Shown piece by piece: positions 10,178-19,709 of a stretch of 50,498 nt of DNA. The DNA is from a virus (lineage: Duplodnaviria; Caudoviricetes): IMG/VR virus record IMGVR_UViG_3300020442_000146, positions 1 to 50,498 of that record. One strand, 5' to 3'. Position 1 is the stretch's first letter. Each line of letters opens with the position of its first letter. The translations under genes and the position numbers were made by a program. The notes beneath the pieces were generated by a model that saw only the letters and a list, made by a program, of their open reading frames with translations, did not search any database and had not been told where the DNA came from.

Positions 10178-12066
10178 TATCTAGTTCCCCCTGCAACAGT
10201 TTCTAACCTCATAACGCCCACACGCCAATCGGCAAGCTTTGCACCCTCTACCTTCATGCGTATCTGCCTACCGCTAAATCTAGCGTCCGTAGGATTATTA
10301 GGCGCAAATGGGCCATGCGTTGTTTCTGTATCGTTTGGATGAAAACGTGTTTTGAACGTCATATTCACATCGCCCTGCGTTTTTTCGTCAGGAATAACAG
10401 ATGTAACCTTGGCTATGTTTTCGCCAGTGCCGATAGATATTGGCCCAGTTTCTGCAAAAACAGAGCCGCTATCTACGTTTAAACCAACCTCATGCTCTTT
10501 TATGTTTGCATGTGTTGTATCCCAATCAGCCATGAATGGGTATCTAAATACGCCCCTCGGAACACCTGATGTTCTTGATAACTCGCCAATCATCCAATGA
10601 TTTTCGTTGTAATCATAAGCAACGTAACGATCTATTTCTGAACTGCTCGATGATGGGTAAAACCACCAAACCTCGCCATATTGCGGTATGCCCATCGCCC
10701 ATATTTTAGATTGCTGCGCTACGTTTATATCATCAAAAATATAATCATGCACATCACACTTAATAGGCTGCACTGTGTTACCATTGAATAGAAAAAAGTT
10801 TTCCTGCCCAATAAAAAATACACCGCTATCTGTATCTACAGCCGCACGACTTGTTACAACGCCGCATGACGCGCCAACACGCTCAAAGCCATATACATAG
10901 GGCGGTCCTGTATATCGAGCTGTGTGAGCGTCTGTATCTGTTAGTATTAACGTCTGGCCTCTCGTTCTTATAGCTTGCATGATCTGCCCAGATGTTTGTA
11001 GCTCTATGTCTCCTGCTTCATTTGTTGCGGCAGCAGTCCATGTATTTCTGTCTTCTCGGTCACACCAAGCGATCTTACGTCCGTTGCCGCCAGACCCTAA
11101 CGCAAAAATAAAACGCTCTTCTGTCACGATTAAGCCAAGATTATTTGTTGGCGCGTTTGTAATTGGCGTTGCTACCACAGCTAATTTTAAAGATGTGTCT
11201 GTCACATTTACATTAGGCTCTGCACCTGACGCTGGGTAAATTTGTATCGTAACGCCCGTATCGTCTGTATCAAATCTATAAAAACTATTGCCAACTGGCA
11301 AAGTTTCATCAAGCAAAACAGTTGTTGTCGTTGTGCCAACAACCTTAACTTTTAATGAAGGTATCGTATCTGGGTCTGCGTCATTGTCTGGGTCAACAAC
11401 TGAGATAGTAAAATGATACTTAGCGCCGCTCGTTAAACCAGTAATTGCTTGCTCTAGATTAGCAGCCGTTGTGCCTGTCCACTCTGCTTGACCAGAGTTA
11501 ATAGCCCAACCAGTGCCTAGCGTCCAACCTGTGCCTACAGTAAAGCTATTGTTTGTGATTAGCTCAGAGCCGCTAACAATATCTAAACCCCACTCAACAA
11601 GCCTACCATCATCATAATGACAGCCAACCAATATCTCGCCAAAATTATCTAATGTCCAATACGTTGCAGGATCAGGTATCGCGTTTGATAATTGCTGTAT
11701 AGGTGTTCCCCAGAAGCCAGTGCCAAAAGTGCCTTTACCGTAACCTGATGAAACTGCCGCATCCACCCTGCCTGTTGCCAAACTTGCAGGAGTTATATCG
11801 TACACATTTCCCCCGCCTGTCATTGCGATTAATGCTTCGTGAGAACCGCCAGACAACCATGTGCTTTGGTTAAGAGCTTCCCAAGTGTGCATACCCCTAA
11901 TCGGCTGCGTGGTAAAATCTTGCTTGCGATCACGCCAACCACCAATAGGTCTAAGCGAACCATCAAGCCATCTTACTAGGCTTCCCTCGCGCCACCTACC
12001 AGATTGCTCATAGTCCGTACCTATTCTGTAAAATCCTGATGGTATATCTAGAGGTACTAAAGCCAT
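10177..12066 (-). CDS. Tail hub/stabilisation protein (P22 gp10-like nozzle), copy A
   Basis: 629 aa beta-rich protein with EVWWFYPS and GRQIRMKV motifs. Confidence 0.75.
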   Translation of the reverse strand: MALVPLDIPSGFYRIGTDYEQSGRWREGSLVRWLDGSLRPIGGWRDRKQDFTTQPIRGMHTWEALNQSTWLSGGSHEALIAMTGGGNVYDITPASLATGRVDAAVSSGYGKGTFGTGFWGTPIQQLSNAIPDPATYWTLDNFGEILVGCHYDDGRLVEWGLDIVSGSELITNNSFTVGTGWTLGTGWAINSGQAEWTGTTAANLEQAITGLTSGAKYHFTISVVDPDNDADPDTIPSLKVKVVGTTTTTVLLDETLPVGNSFYRFDTDDTGVTIQIYPASGAEPNVNVTDTSLKLAVVATPITNAPTNNLGLIVTEERFIFALGSGGNGRKIAWCDREDRNTWTAAATNEAGDIELQTSGQIMQAIRTRGQTLILTDTDAHTARYTGPPYVYGFERVGASCGVVTSRAAVDTDSGVFFIGQENFFLFNGNTVQPIKCDVHDYIFDDINVAQQSKIWAMGIPQYGEVWWFYPSSSSSEIDRYVAYDYNENHWMIGELSRTSGVPRGVFRYPFMADWDTTHANIKEHEVGLNVDSGSVFAETGPISIGTGENIAKVTSVIPDEKTQGDVNMTFKTRFHPNDTETTHGPFAPNNPTDARFSGRQIRMKVEGAKLADWRVGVMRLETVAGGTR

Positions 12067-12068
12067 TT

Positions 12069-12725
12069 TTATGTCTTCATAATGTAAGCCAAAGCATAGT
12101 ATGGCGGTCTGTTTTCGTGAGAGCTACCACTACCAGTGGAGCCAGTTGTTTTACTAAGAGATCCATTTGGGTTGTAAGTATTTGAGTTATAGTCAATATC
12201 AATACCAGCAGATGGAAAAGCACTCTGTAAAACATAACTATCTGTATAGCTGTGTGTGTGAGATGGTATCTGACTGGTTGTCAATGTTACGCTATCTGCA
12301 CCGCCAGTGTCGCCAACATTATAAGTTCCTGAACTATCGGCGTCTGCATGTACAACAAATTTAGCTGTTAAGTTAGGTGTTCCATTTGTACCATCACATA
12401 AAGCCCAACCAGTAGGTATTGTTGCGACTGTACCGCTCCATAAAATTATACCGCCAACAGGAAATAATAATGATGAGGACGTTTGACCTGCTAAGAGGTT
12501 TATTTCTGTTGCCGTTGCTGTAACGCCATCCATAATGTTTAGCTCAGCCGCCGTTGATGTAACCGCAGCGCCGCCAATCTTCCAAGAGCCAGCCGTTAGA
12601 TCTGGCTCTATTGTGCCGCTCGTTCCGTTTACAGCGTCCGTTATTGTATCTAAAGCCGTGTTGAGCGTTGTACCCCAAGTATTCTCGCTCGATCCCACGA
12701 CTGGCTTGGTAACTGAGATTGCCAT
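12069..12725 (-). CDS. Tail fibre protein with collar domain, copy A
   Basis: PVGGIILWSG...IPTGWALCDGTNGTPNL collar motif and HENRPPYYALAYIMK C-terminus. Confidence 0.85.
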   Translation of the reverse strand: MAISVTKPVVGSSENTWGTTLNTALDTITDAVNGTSGTIEPDLTAGSWKIGGAAVTSTAAELNIMDGVTATATEINLLAGQTSSSLLFPVGGIILWSGTVATIPTGWALCDGTNGTPNLTAKFVVHADADSSGTYNVGDTGGADSVTLTTSQIPSHTHSYTDSYVLQSAFPSAGIDIDYNSNTYNPNGSLSKTTGSTGSGSSHENRPPYYALAYIMKT

Positions 12726-12763
12726 CTTATAATCCTCGTTGTTTATGCCAACTTAGCATTTTT

Positions 12764-12979
12764 CTAATCGTCCGTCCATGTTCCAGTAGCCGCCGCATCG
12801 TCTACCCATATACCTGTCGCAACGCTGTCATCTGTCCATGTGTTAGATACCGCCGCATCGTCACTCCATATGTGATCACCTTCGCAATACCCAAAAAGCC
12901 AGTAACGCCTACCGCCAAACACAACACCTGCGCCAGACGCCGTTCCATCTTTCTCAACATATGGCTCAATAACACTCAT
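12764..12979 (-). CDS. Small virion-associated hypothetical protein
   Basis: 71 aa with W-x-D-D repeats, coupled to the upstream ORF by ATGA. Confidence 0.55.
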   Translation of the reverse strand: MSVIEPYVEKDGTASGAGVVFGGRRYWLFGYCEGDHIWSDDAAVSNTWTDDSVATGIWVDDAAATGTWTDD

Positions 12980-13146
12980 TCAGCCTCCGCTATGGTGTTG
13001 CCATCTGCAACCCATTCAAGGATAGCGGCGTAATGGCGGTTTTTTAGGTCTAAAGGAACATTAACTTCAGTTTCATCAATAGTAACTTTAATTGCAATAT
13101 TTTTATTATCTAAATCTTTAAGATATTGTGCATTTCTAATATTCAT
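12976..13146 (-). CDS. Small fibre chaperone-like protein (56 aa, not in ORF track)
   Basis: Read manually: MNIRNAQYLKD...VPLDLKNRHYAAILEWVADGNTIAEAE. Follows the fibre gene. Confidence 0.7.
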   Translation of the reverse strand: MNIRNAQYLKDLDNKNIAIKVTIDETEVNVPLDLKNRHYAAILEWVADGNTIAEAE

Positions 13147-13147
13147 T

Positions 13148-14062
13148 TTACAATTCCGCTTCTGCTGTAAATACTGTATTAGTGTCTGAGTAAAATGATG
13201 AACTAGCGTGTTGAAAAGTAATATCTCTGGGGTTTGAGTTATAAAATGTTGGCTGCACGTTTTGCCAAGAACTACTTGTAACCGTTGGTGCAGCTCTCAT
13301 TTCAGGGTCTAGCAAAATAGTAAGCCAATGCCCATTATTACCACTATATTTTGGCGGCATATGAGCAACAGCAGAAGAGTCAGAACCTATAAAATTTCTA
13401 AAATACCTTTGACACCTAGCCAACTCATCCCCAAAGCTCCTACGCTCAAAGTCAGTAGCTTTGTTGCCTGCTTCTAGCTGAACTCCTGTTATATTTAAGT
13501 CGTAAGCAGTTGTGCCAGTATTAGAGTATTGACCAATGTTAAACTTAACAAAACTACCATCATTAATAGTTTTTCCATCTATTGATGGAATTGTTATTTG
13601 CGCCGTATATCTAACCCAACTACTGGTCAGACTAGCCGTTATTAAGACAGGGGTTATGTCAACATCAGACGAACCACTAGTGCCAAAGTCTTGCGTTCCC
13701 CAAATATACAGACCACCTGTCGGTGCAGTACCTTTTGCATAAAAAGAAATAGTAACCGTTCCTGCAGGAACAGATGTTACATCTTCTATTGGCTGTCGAA
13801 TGCTTGTAAAATCACTTGATGTAGAAACATTGAGCCTAGCGTACTTTTGTAAACCCCCTGTTTCGCTTGGGTTGCTATTGGTTTCTTGGCTAAAAGTTGT
13901 TGAGCCACCTGACTGATTTACATACCAACGATCTAAAGAAACGTAACCGCTTGAAGTGCTAGAAGTGCCACGTTGAGCTACTTCCATAGACCCATTAATT
14001 ATAAGGTTAGATGCGCCACCGCCCTGGCCTGCGCTGTCTGCTATGTCTCTGGCTCTAGACAT
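13148..14062 (-). CDS. Fibre/receptor-binding protein with carbohydrate-binding-like domain
   Basis: NLIINGSMEVAQRG...DRW, GVQLEAG..AT.FE.R..GDELARCQRYF and C-terminal AEAEL. Confidence 0.75.
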   Translation of the reverse strand: MSRARDIADSAGQGGGASNLIINGSMEVAQRGTSSTSSGYVSLDRWYVNQSGGSTTFSQETNSNPSETGGLQKYARLNVSTSSDFTSIRQPIEDVTSVPAGTVTISFYAKGTAPTGGLYIWGTQDFGTSGSSDVDITPVLITASLTSSWVRYTAQITIPSIDGKTINDGSFVKFNIGQYSNTGTTAYDLNITGVQLEAGNKATDFERRSFGDELARCQRYFRNFIGSDSSAVAHMPPKYSGNNGHWLTILLDPEMRAAPTVTSSSWQNVQPTFYNSNPRDITFQHASSSFYSDTNTVFTAEAEL

Positions 14063-14063
14063 A

Positions 14064-14414
14064 TTACTCTCCTAAGAGTGTAGCCAAATCCAACGCTTTG
14101 AGTGCATCAGCATCTGCTGCATTAGCAATCTTAGCATCTGCTGTAATGTCTCGCAGTGTTTTCTTCTGAGCAGCTATTGCATCTGCACCTGAGCCAGCTT
14201 CAAGAGCTTTCATATAGTCAACATCTAAAGCCTCAAGTCTTGGCGCACGTTCTGCTCTAAGATTATCCTTGTGAATATCTCTAGCCTTAGCCATGTCTAT
14301 TTCAACGACATCACCGTTGAATGTCCAAGCACCTCGAAAGGTTCTATCGCTAGGTACTGTTAAAGAAGATGCATCTCTGACATCTCCATTTATATTGATG
14401 TAAGTTTTAGTCAT
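14064..14414 (-). CDS. Fibre assembly chaperone-like protein
   Basis: Likely start MTKTYIN at 14414. DRTFRGAW and LRAERAP.L..LD motifs. Confidence 0.6.
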   Translation of the reverse strand: MTKTYININGDVRDASSLTVPSDRTFRGAWTFNGDVVEIDMAKARDIHKDNLRAERAPRLEALDVDYMKALEAGSGADAIAAQKKTLRDITADAKIANAADADALKALDLATLLGE

Positions 14415-14824
14415 TGTGCAATTCTCCATGCATTTCTAAATGAGCGATCCGTAGGGATCAGTTCAACAGGTACAATCTTCATGATTGTTCTGTTACCTTT
14501 ATAGTCTCGCCATACTGACGGATCTATATCCTTTTGAATTAAGTATTCTATTGCTTCTTCTTCTGTCATAGCATCGACAGGTGCAGCGTATGGGTGTTCC
14601 TTTGGCTGTCCATCAGGAACTAAACGGTCACGCTGGTAGGTTTCTATAGGTGGCAGTATTCCACCCTCTAACGCACAAGCCATCCAGTTAGGATCTGGGC
14701 ATAGAACCTTGGCTGGTTCGTCTGGTGTGTCAGGGTCTTCGAACAGCACACGATACTTAGACTGTACAGGTTTTAGTCTTGTCTTAGCTTCTGCTAATCT
14801 ATCCCATAAATGTCCGTGGGTCAT
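14411..14824 (-). CDS. Fibre-associated hypothetical protein
   Basis: 137 aa, MTEEEAIEYLIQKD...DRSFRNAW. ATGA-coupled. Confidence 0.6.
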   Translation of the reverse strand: MTHGHLWDRLAEAKTRLKPVQSKYRVLFEDPDTPDEPAKVLCPDPNWMACALEGGILPPIETYQRDRLVPDGQPKEHPYAAPVDAMTEEEAIEYLIQKDIDPSVWRDYKGNRTIMKIVPVELIPTDRSFRNAWRIAQ

Positions 14825-15198
14825 GCTAAGTCTCCAAATATTGCACTACAAGCTCTAAAGATAACATTAGTAGTATATGAAGAAGAATTTGTACTTCTCA
14901 TTCTTACAACAGTAGAAGTAGATCCATGATGTGAAGTTATTCTACTATAAAAAGTGCTTAAATTACCACCAGCTTCGCCAGAGGTAATATAATTAGCATC
15001 GCTCATAGCACTTGTTAGTGTGTAAGATACATCGCCATTTCCATTATCTACTTCGCTTGCTACATTAAAAGACTTTGCAACAGAGAAAGAGCCACTTTCT
15101 GTATAATTAAATAAAGCCTTTGCAGACCCATTGGTAATATAAGTAGTCGCTACAGTTGTTGTGCCATCGTTGAGGTTGGAGACATTAATTGTACTCAT
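14821..15198 (-). CDS. GDLA-ending small fibre-domain paralog 5
   Basis: SAKA..SFNV.S..D.G.G...AMSDANY...GDLA. Confidence 0.7.
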   Translation of the reverse strand: MSTINVSNLNDGTTTVATTYITNGSAKALFNYTESGSFSVAKSFNVASEVDNGNGDVSYTLTSAMSDANYITSGEAGGNLSTFYSRITSHHGSTSTVVRMRSTNSSSYTTNVIFRACSAIFGDLA

Positions 15199-15599
15199 GC
15201 TAGGTCTCCGTGAATTAAATGCGAAATATAAGGCCCATCGGATGCGGAATTTGCACTATTAGACACCTGACTCCTAACTGTTGTTGTTGATGGATTAACA
15301 CCGTGAGGAATAGTTAAATTACTATCAAAATTAGCAATGCCACCATGATTACATGCACCACTAGAGGCAAAGTTTGCGTTACCCATAGCATTTGTAAATG
15401 TTTGCGTTGTGTCACCCGTTGCATTATCTGTTAAACTAGCAGTATTAAAACTGTCATGAATAGATGTTGAGGTGTTTGTATTAAAGTTTACCCACGCTTT
15501 AGAATGTCCTTGGTTTATATTAGCAAACGTAGAAGTCGTACCAGCACCATCAGTGAGATTAGTAGCTGTCAGATTGGTGACTGTTAGAGTACTGCTCAT
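15195..15599 (-). CDS. GDLA-ending small fibre-domain paralog 4
   Basis: SKAWVNFN...DSFN..SLTD..TG...AMGNANF...HGDLA. Confidence 0.7.
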   Translation of the reverse strand: MSSTLTVTNLTATNLTDGAGTTSTFANINQGHSKAWVNFNTNTSTSIHDSFNTASLTDNATGDTTQTFTNAMGNANFASSGACNHGGIANFDSNLTIPHGVNPSTTTVRSQVSNSANSASDGPYISHLIHGDLA

Positions 15600-15988
15600 G
15601 CTAAGTCTCCATGAACTGCAAGGTTATAAAGGCCAGCCGACTCAATACCACCAGTGTAATAACTTGTGGTGCTAAGGTAATCATATTTTAAATTAACTTC
15701 TGTGGTTGTTTTACTATGAACACCCATAATTCTGCTTCTAGCTGCCGTGTTGTGTAAGTTAGTAGTTTGCAAACCTACAGTTGTTGTATAATTAGCTGAT
15801 GACATAGCAGAAGTAAGGTTTACACCTTGCTCACCTGTTCCATCATCATCAATACTAGATACACCAAAGCTGTCAGATATGCTTGCTGAAGTAGCTGGCG
15901 CATGCAACCAAGCAGCAGCAACCCCTGACACTGGACGACTAGCTGTCTCACCTGTAGCTTGGATGTTGGTGACCGTTATAGTACTCAT
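15596..15988 (-). CDS. GDLA-ending small fibre-domain paralog 3
   Basis: AAAW...DSFGVSSIDDDGTG...AMSSANY...HGDLA. Confidence 0.7.
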   Translation of the reverse strand: MSTITVTNIQATGETASRPVSGVAAAWLHAPATSASISDSFGVSSIDDDGTGEQGVNLTSAMSSANYTTTVGLQTTNLHNTAARSRIMGVHSKTTTEVNLKYDYLSTTSYYTGGIESAGLYNLAVHGDLA

Positions 15989-16362
15989 GCTAAGTCTCCG
16001 TGAACAGTGCCTACATAATGATAAGGATCTACCAGTGTGCCACCACTTTCAAAAAAAGAAAATCTAACCTGAGATGCAGTTGAGCCAGTATAAAAGAAAA
16101 CTTGAGCAGCATTATTATTAACAGAATTTTGTTTTGCACTTATTGCGCTATAATTTACATCTGACATAGATGAACTTAAATTAAGTGTTCCGTATCCTGT
16201 ACCAAGATCTACTGTGCTAGAAATATTAAAGCTACCAGCTAAAACATGAGATCCCGTATTTGTTTGTACAGCAGCCCAAGCCTTAGCAGCACTCTGCTTA
16301 GTCAAAGCAATAGGGCCGCTACCTGTCTCGTCACTAATTGTTGTTGCTCGTATCTCAGACAA
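15985..16362 (-). CDS. GDLA-ending small fibre-domain paralog 2
   Basis: AAKAW...SFNISSTVDLGTG...SMSDVNY...HGDLA. Confidence 0.7.
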   Translation of the reverse strand: MSEIRATTISDETGSGPIALTKQSAAKAWAAVQTNTGSHVLAGSFNISSTVDLGTGYGTLNLSSSMSDVNYSAISAKQNSVNNNAAQVFFYTGSTASQVRFSFFESGGTLVDPYHYVGTVHGDLA

Positions 16363-16813
16363 TGCTCAAGTTCCCTCCTGTTGTGACAGTAAGAGTAACA
16401 CCACTAGCTACAGTCAAAGGACCACTAGCTAATGCATTCTCAGTAGCGTCTATGGTTACATCAGTGTTTAGCTCTTGCTCATGCACCCTGAATATATCAG
16501 CACCACCAGAACCAAATGTGCCTCTGTCACCTTTGAACTTGCCACCACCCATGCTCGAAGCAGTGTCATCAGCAGTAAAAGCTATAACGTGAAGAAGATC
16601 TCCAACAGCAGCACCAGTAGTCAAAACAACCTCACTACCATTTGTAGCTGTGTAGTCAGTGCTATCTATTAGCTTGACACCATTTAGAAACACATCAATG
16701 AAACCTACAGTATAACCAGCAGTACCAAACGTTGTTTGAGAAGCAGTTGCTGTAAACGTCTGCCTAATCTGGGTAGCTTGAGGTGCTGGAACTGTACCTA
16801 TATATCCTGCCAT
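16355..16813 (-). CDS. Fibre connector protein (MAGYIG type)
   Basis: FTATASQTTF...VFLNGVKL...DYTATNG motif and GPLTV...VTLTV C-terminus. Paralogous ends with 17946..18158. Confidence 0.65.
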   Translation of the reverse strand: MAGYIGTVPAPQATQIRQTFTATASQTTFGTAGYTVGFIDVFLNGVKLIDSTDYTATNGSEVVLTTGAAVGDLLHVIAFTADDTASSMGGGKFKGDRGTFGSGGADIFRVHEQELNTDVTIDATENALASGPLTVASGVTLTVTTGGNLSIV

Positions 16814-17211
16814 TACGCTAGGTCTCCGTTAACTTGTATCATAACAAGGTCACTATCTAGAAAAGAACCATTATAGGAACTATGAGCTATATAAGCTACG
16901 TTTAAATCATGACCTCCTTGCCAATTATTGTTAAAAGAATTCATAGCCGAACCATTCATAGCAGTATGATAAAACGAACAGGCATAATCGTCATTAACCA
17001 TGTTGTTTGTAAAATTACTTCTATATTGACCTGTGCTAATATCAGTTAAACTAGAAACATTAAAACTGTCTCGTGTAGCAATTGTCCCAGTCCCATTAAA
17101 GTTAACCCAAGACTTTGTAGAACCACTAAGCATATCAGGAAGTTTATTAGCTGCTAAACTCGTAGACCCAGCTTTGTTTTGTATCTCATCAACTTTTATT
17201 ATGGAGGTCAT
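16813..17211 (-). CDS. GDLA-ending small fibre-domain paralog 1
   Basis: Likely start MTSIIKVD at 17211. KSWVNFNGTG...DSFNVSSLTD...GDLA. Confidence 0.7.
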   Translation of the reverse strand: MTSIIKVDEIQNKAGSTSLAANKLPDMLSGSTKSWVNFNGTGTIATRDSFNVSSLTDISTGQYRSNFTNNMVNDDYACSFYHTAMNGSAMNSFNNNWQGGHDLNVAYIAHSSYNGSFLDSDLVMIQVNGDLA

Positions 17212-17438
17212 GACCACTCCTCTGTAGGTGCATCAGGCCAAGTTGGGTTATCTGGGTTATTTTTTCTAATAGTTCTTATGCTTGCTCTATAGGTAGCAAA
17301 AGCTGCTACACAATCAGATGTTAATCCACTGTCTGATAATTGTGTCCAATCTGTTGCAACCAGAATAGCCTCTGCTGTTGACTCGTTAAAAACAGAACCA
17401 GATGGATTTGTTATAGATATGTTCTTATAATTTGCCAT
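17208..17438 (-). CDS. Phage tail assembly chaperone
   Basis: L..TDWTQL.D...ATYR..IR...WP..P motif. Confidence 0.7.
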   Translation of the reverse strand: MANYKNISITNPSGSVFNESTAEAILVATDWTQLSDSGLTSDCVAAFATYRASIRTIRKNNPDNPTWPDAPTEEWS

Positions 17439-17439
17439 A

Positions 17440-17949
17440 TTAACCCACTAAATAACCTGAAAATGTGAGATAAAGATCAGTTGCATCGCTGTAAACATAT
17501 TGACCGCCTACATCGAGTCTAACCACATCATTAGCAGCTAAAGAAACCATGTTTGAAAATGATACATTAGGGTAACTAGCTGAGCTTACAGACAACACAT
17601 ATGTCCTTGCAAGATCTGTACTTGTAGTCTCATTAATAAGAGTAACATATATAGACGCATTAGCAGCTATAACGGTTGCAGCAGAATTAACGCCAAAACC
17701 AACAAAATTAAATTGATATAAACCAGCAATAGGAGCTGTAAATTTACCTGTTGATGTGTTGTAGTGGTTGCCTACATTACTTCTAGTCCCATTAAAAACA
17801 AGAGTACCAGTGAGAGCTTCTACTGTAGAACTATCTCTATATGCGCTAAAAGCTGGCCTAGCTGGAGTAGCTACAACACCATTAGTATCAATGGTCATAG
17901 CTGAAGTTCCAGCTTGATTGCTAATGTTATCTACAAATACAGTACTCAT
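17440..17949 (-). CDS. C1q-domain fibre protein
   Basis: PAFSA, NVGNHYNTSTGKFTAPIAGLYQF and FSGYLVG C1q signature. Confidence 0.8.
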   Translation of the reverse strand: MSTVFVDNISNQAGTSAMTIDTNGVVATPARPAFSAYRDSSTVEALTGTLVFNGTRSNVGNHYNTSTGKFTAPIAGLYQFNFVGFGVNSAATVIAANASIYVTLINETTSTDLARTYVLSVSSASYPNVSFSNMVSLAANDVVRLDVGGQYVYSDATDLYLTFSGYLVG

Positions 17950-18158
17950 AGTATAGTCAAAGTCCCTGTGACTGTTACGTTAGCGTTTATTGTTACTGGT
18001 CCAATCACTGCTGCGTTTCTGCCTGACAACACAGTTACATCTTCGTCAATTGAGTCATCGTTGCTCAGCACCCCATCATATGTAACGTCACCTGTTACTG
18101 TAATGCTGTCAGTGTTTGACACTGAGGTAACTGCTCGACTACCAATGTATCCAGCCAT
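17946..18158 (-). CDS. Short fibre connector protein (MAGYIG type)
   Basis: 70 aa with GPVTINANVTVTGTLTIL C-terminus. Confidence 0.6.
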   Translation of the reverse strand: MAGYIGSRAVTSVSNTDSITVTGDVTYDGVLSNDDSIDEDVTVLSGRNAAVIGPVTINANVTVTGTLTIL

Positions 18159-18466
18159 TACGTTTGCTCCAATACGCTAACTAGTACGTCAACGCTTTCA
18201 TCAACGTCACTTTCAATTGTAATAGTGTTACCTTGTTGTAATATTACTTTTCCGTCAAGGACTGACAAGGCCGAACCACTTGGAATAACTGCATCTTTAA
18301 TCATGTGAACATAAGCGGCCTTGACAGAAGCTTTTACTTGAGCGGTATGCACATTGGCTAAGTTACATCCAATCACCACTGAAGTTGTACCCTCTGGCAC
18401 AGTGTAAACAGTTTCCTCAGACTTACCGACTGAAGACGCTGTGTAGTTTTTAAATGTATTAGCCAT
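18158..18466 (-). CDS. Virion structural protein (MANTFKN type)
   Basis: 102 aa beta-rich protein in the fibre cluster. Confidence 0.6.
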   Translation of the reverse strand: MANTFKNYTASSVGKSEETVYTVPEGTTSVVIGCNLANVHTAQVKASVKAAYVHMIKDAVIPSGSALSVLDGKVILQQGNTITIESDVDESVDVLVSVLEQT

Positions 18467-18483
18467 ATGCGCTTACCTCTTAC

Positions 18484-18933
18484 TTAGATGTCATCTAACA
18501 ACGCACAAACAATGCATTCAACAGTCGAAGCTGATGAAATAGCATGAATGTCTGCCACAGTTGCATTTGGTAAACGAGCAGCAAAACTCTCGTTCGGCCC
18601 TAACACAATTGCGTCGCCAGTTGTAGATGTCACCGTTCCACCATCAAAAGCAACGTAAATAGAGCCACTGTTTCCGTCTACATTTTTAATAAAAAGAAAC
18701 TTAACTGTATCGGTAGTCGCTACGGCTGTGGGAGCCGTCGAACTGTCTACTGCGGTGTAATCAACAAACGAGCCTGCAATAAGGTCAGAGCTTGTGTTGT
18801 TGACTGAAGATAACTTGTAGTACCACTTATCGTTTGCATCTTCAGGTGTAACAGTCATAGTCGCTGAGAATGTTTTTGCAATCTCATCTGGAAGGACTGT
18901 AACTTCCATTGTAGCTTTCGCTGCGTCAGCCAT
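18484..18933 (-). CDS. Virion structural protein
   Basis: 149 aa beta-rich protein, AGGAG RBS. Confidence 0.55.
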   Translation of the reverse strand: MADAAKATMEVTVLPDEIAKTFSATMTVTPEDANDKWYYKLSSVNNTSSDLIAGSFVDYTAVDSSTAPTAVATTDTVKFLFIKNVDGNSGSIYVAFDGGTVTSTTGDAIVLGPNESFAARLPNATVADIHAISSASTVECIVCALLDDI

Positions 18934-18950
18934 GATTTTCTCCTTTTCGT

Positions 18951-19709
18951 TTAACCCAAGGCTATAGCAAAGGCCAATGCCTCTCCTGCCCTATCGACAT
19001 CGAGGTTGACCCTAGTTTGTTCTGCATCTGTCACGCTTAACGCTCCAGTTACAGTTACATCACCAACAGAATTAATACCGCCACCTGACGTTATCGCACC
19101 TGTTGACGTTATAGCCCCACCAGAGATGGAACCATTTACTGTTACGCTATCAGAGGTAATACCCCCAGTAACCGTAACATCTGCACTAGACGTAAGCCCA
19201 GCACAGGAAATCGCGCCGCTTGCCGTAATCAAACCAGTTACAACAGAGCTAGACGTTATTTGATTTGTAATCGCAAGACTGTCAGCAGCAAGCTCGCCAG
19301 AAACCGTCAAGCTCGCTGTCGTAAAACCACCAGTAACAGTTAAGTCACCATTAACAGTAACGCCATCTGTCGTTGTTTCTAACTTCTTGCTATTGTTAAA
19401 GAATAACTCAACTGCGCCATTCTCATCCATTGTAATAAACGTAGGACTAGACGCATCAACAGCGCCCAACGTAATATTATCGCCGCGAATGTATAACTCG
19501 CCAGTGTTGTTTAATATATATGCGTCGCTTGCCGTAGAGTTGTGATAAATCTGTAAGTCACTATCGTCGCCAAAATTAACAATGGCATCATCGTCAACAG
19601 TGCCGCCAGTCTTGCCAATCTTGTCGTTGTTTAGATTGTCAAAATTAGCGTCAACTTCATCATGTGTAAGCGGAGCGCCCTTGACTGCACGTTTTACAAT
19701 AGTTGCCAT
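18951..19709 (-). CDS. Tail fibre protein (proximal)
   Basis: KGAPLTHDEVDANF N-terminus, FGDDSDLQIYH, G.LTVTG repeats, ALAFAIALG end. Confidence 0.75.
   Translation of the reverse strand: MATIVKRAVKGAPLTHDEVDANFDNLNNDKIGKTGGTVDDDAIVNFGDDSDLQIYHNSTASDAYILNNTGELYIRGDNITLGAVDASSPTFITMDENGAVELFFNNSKKLETTTDGVTVNGDLTVTGGFTTASLTVSGELAADSLAITNQITSSSVVTGLITASGAISCAGLTSSADVTVTGGITSDSVTVNGSISGGAITSTGAITSGGGINSVGDVTVTGALSVTDAEQTRVNLDVDRAGEALAFAIALG

Noticed and set aside
14821-17211. Shufflon or diversity-generating retroelement
   Set aside because: Junctions are direct, not inverted. No invertase or reverse transcriptase is present, and no template/variable repeat pair differing at adenines was seen.
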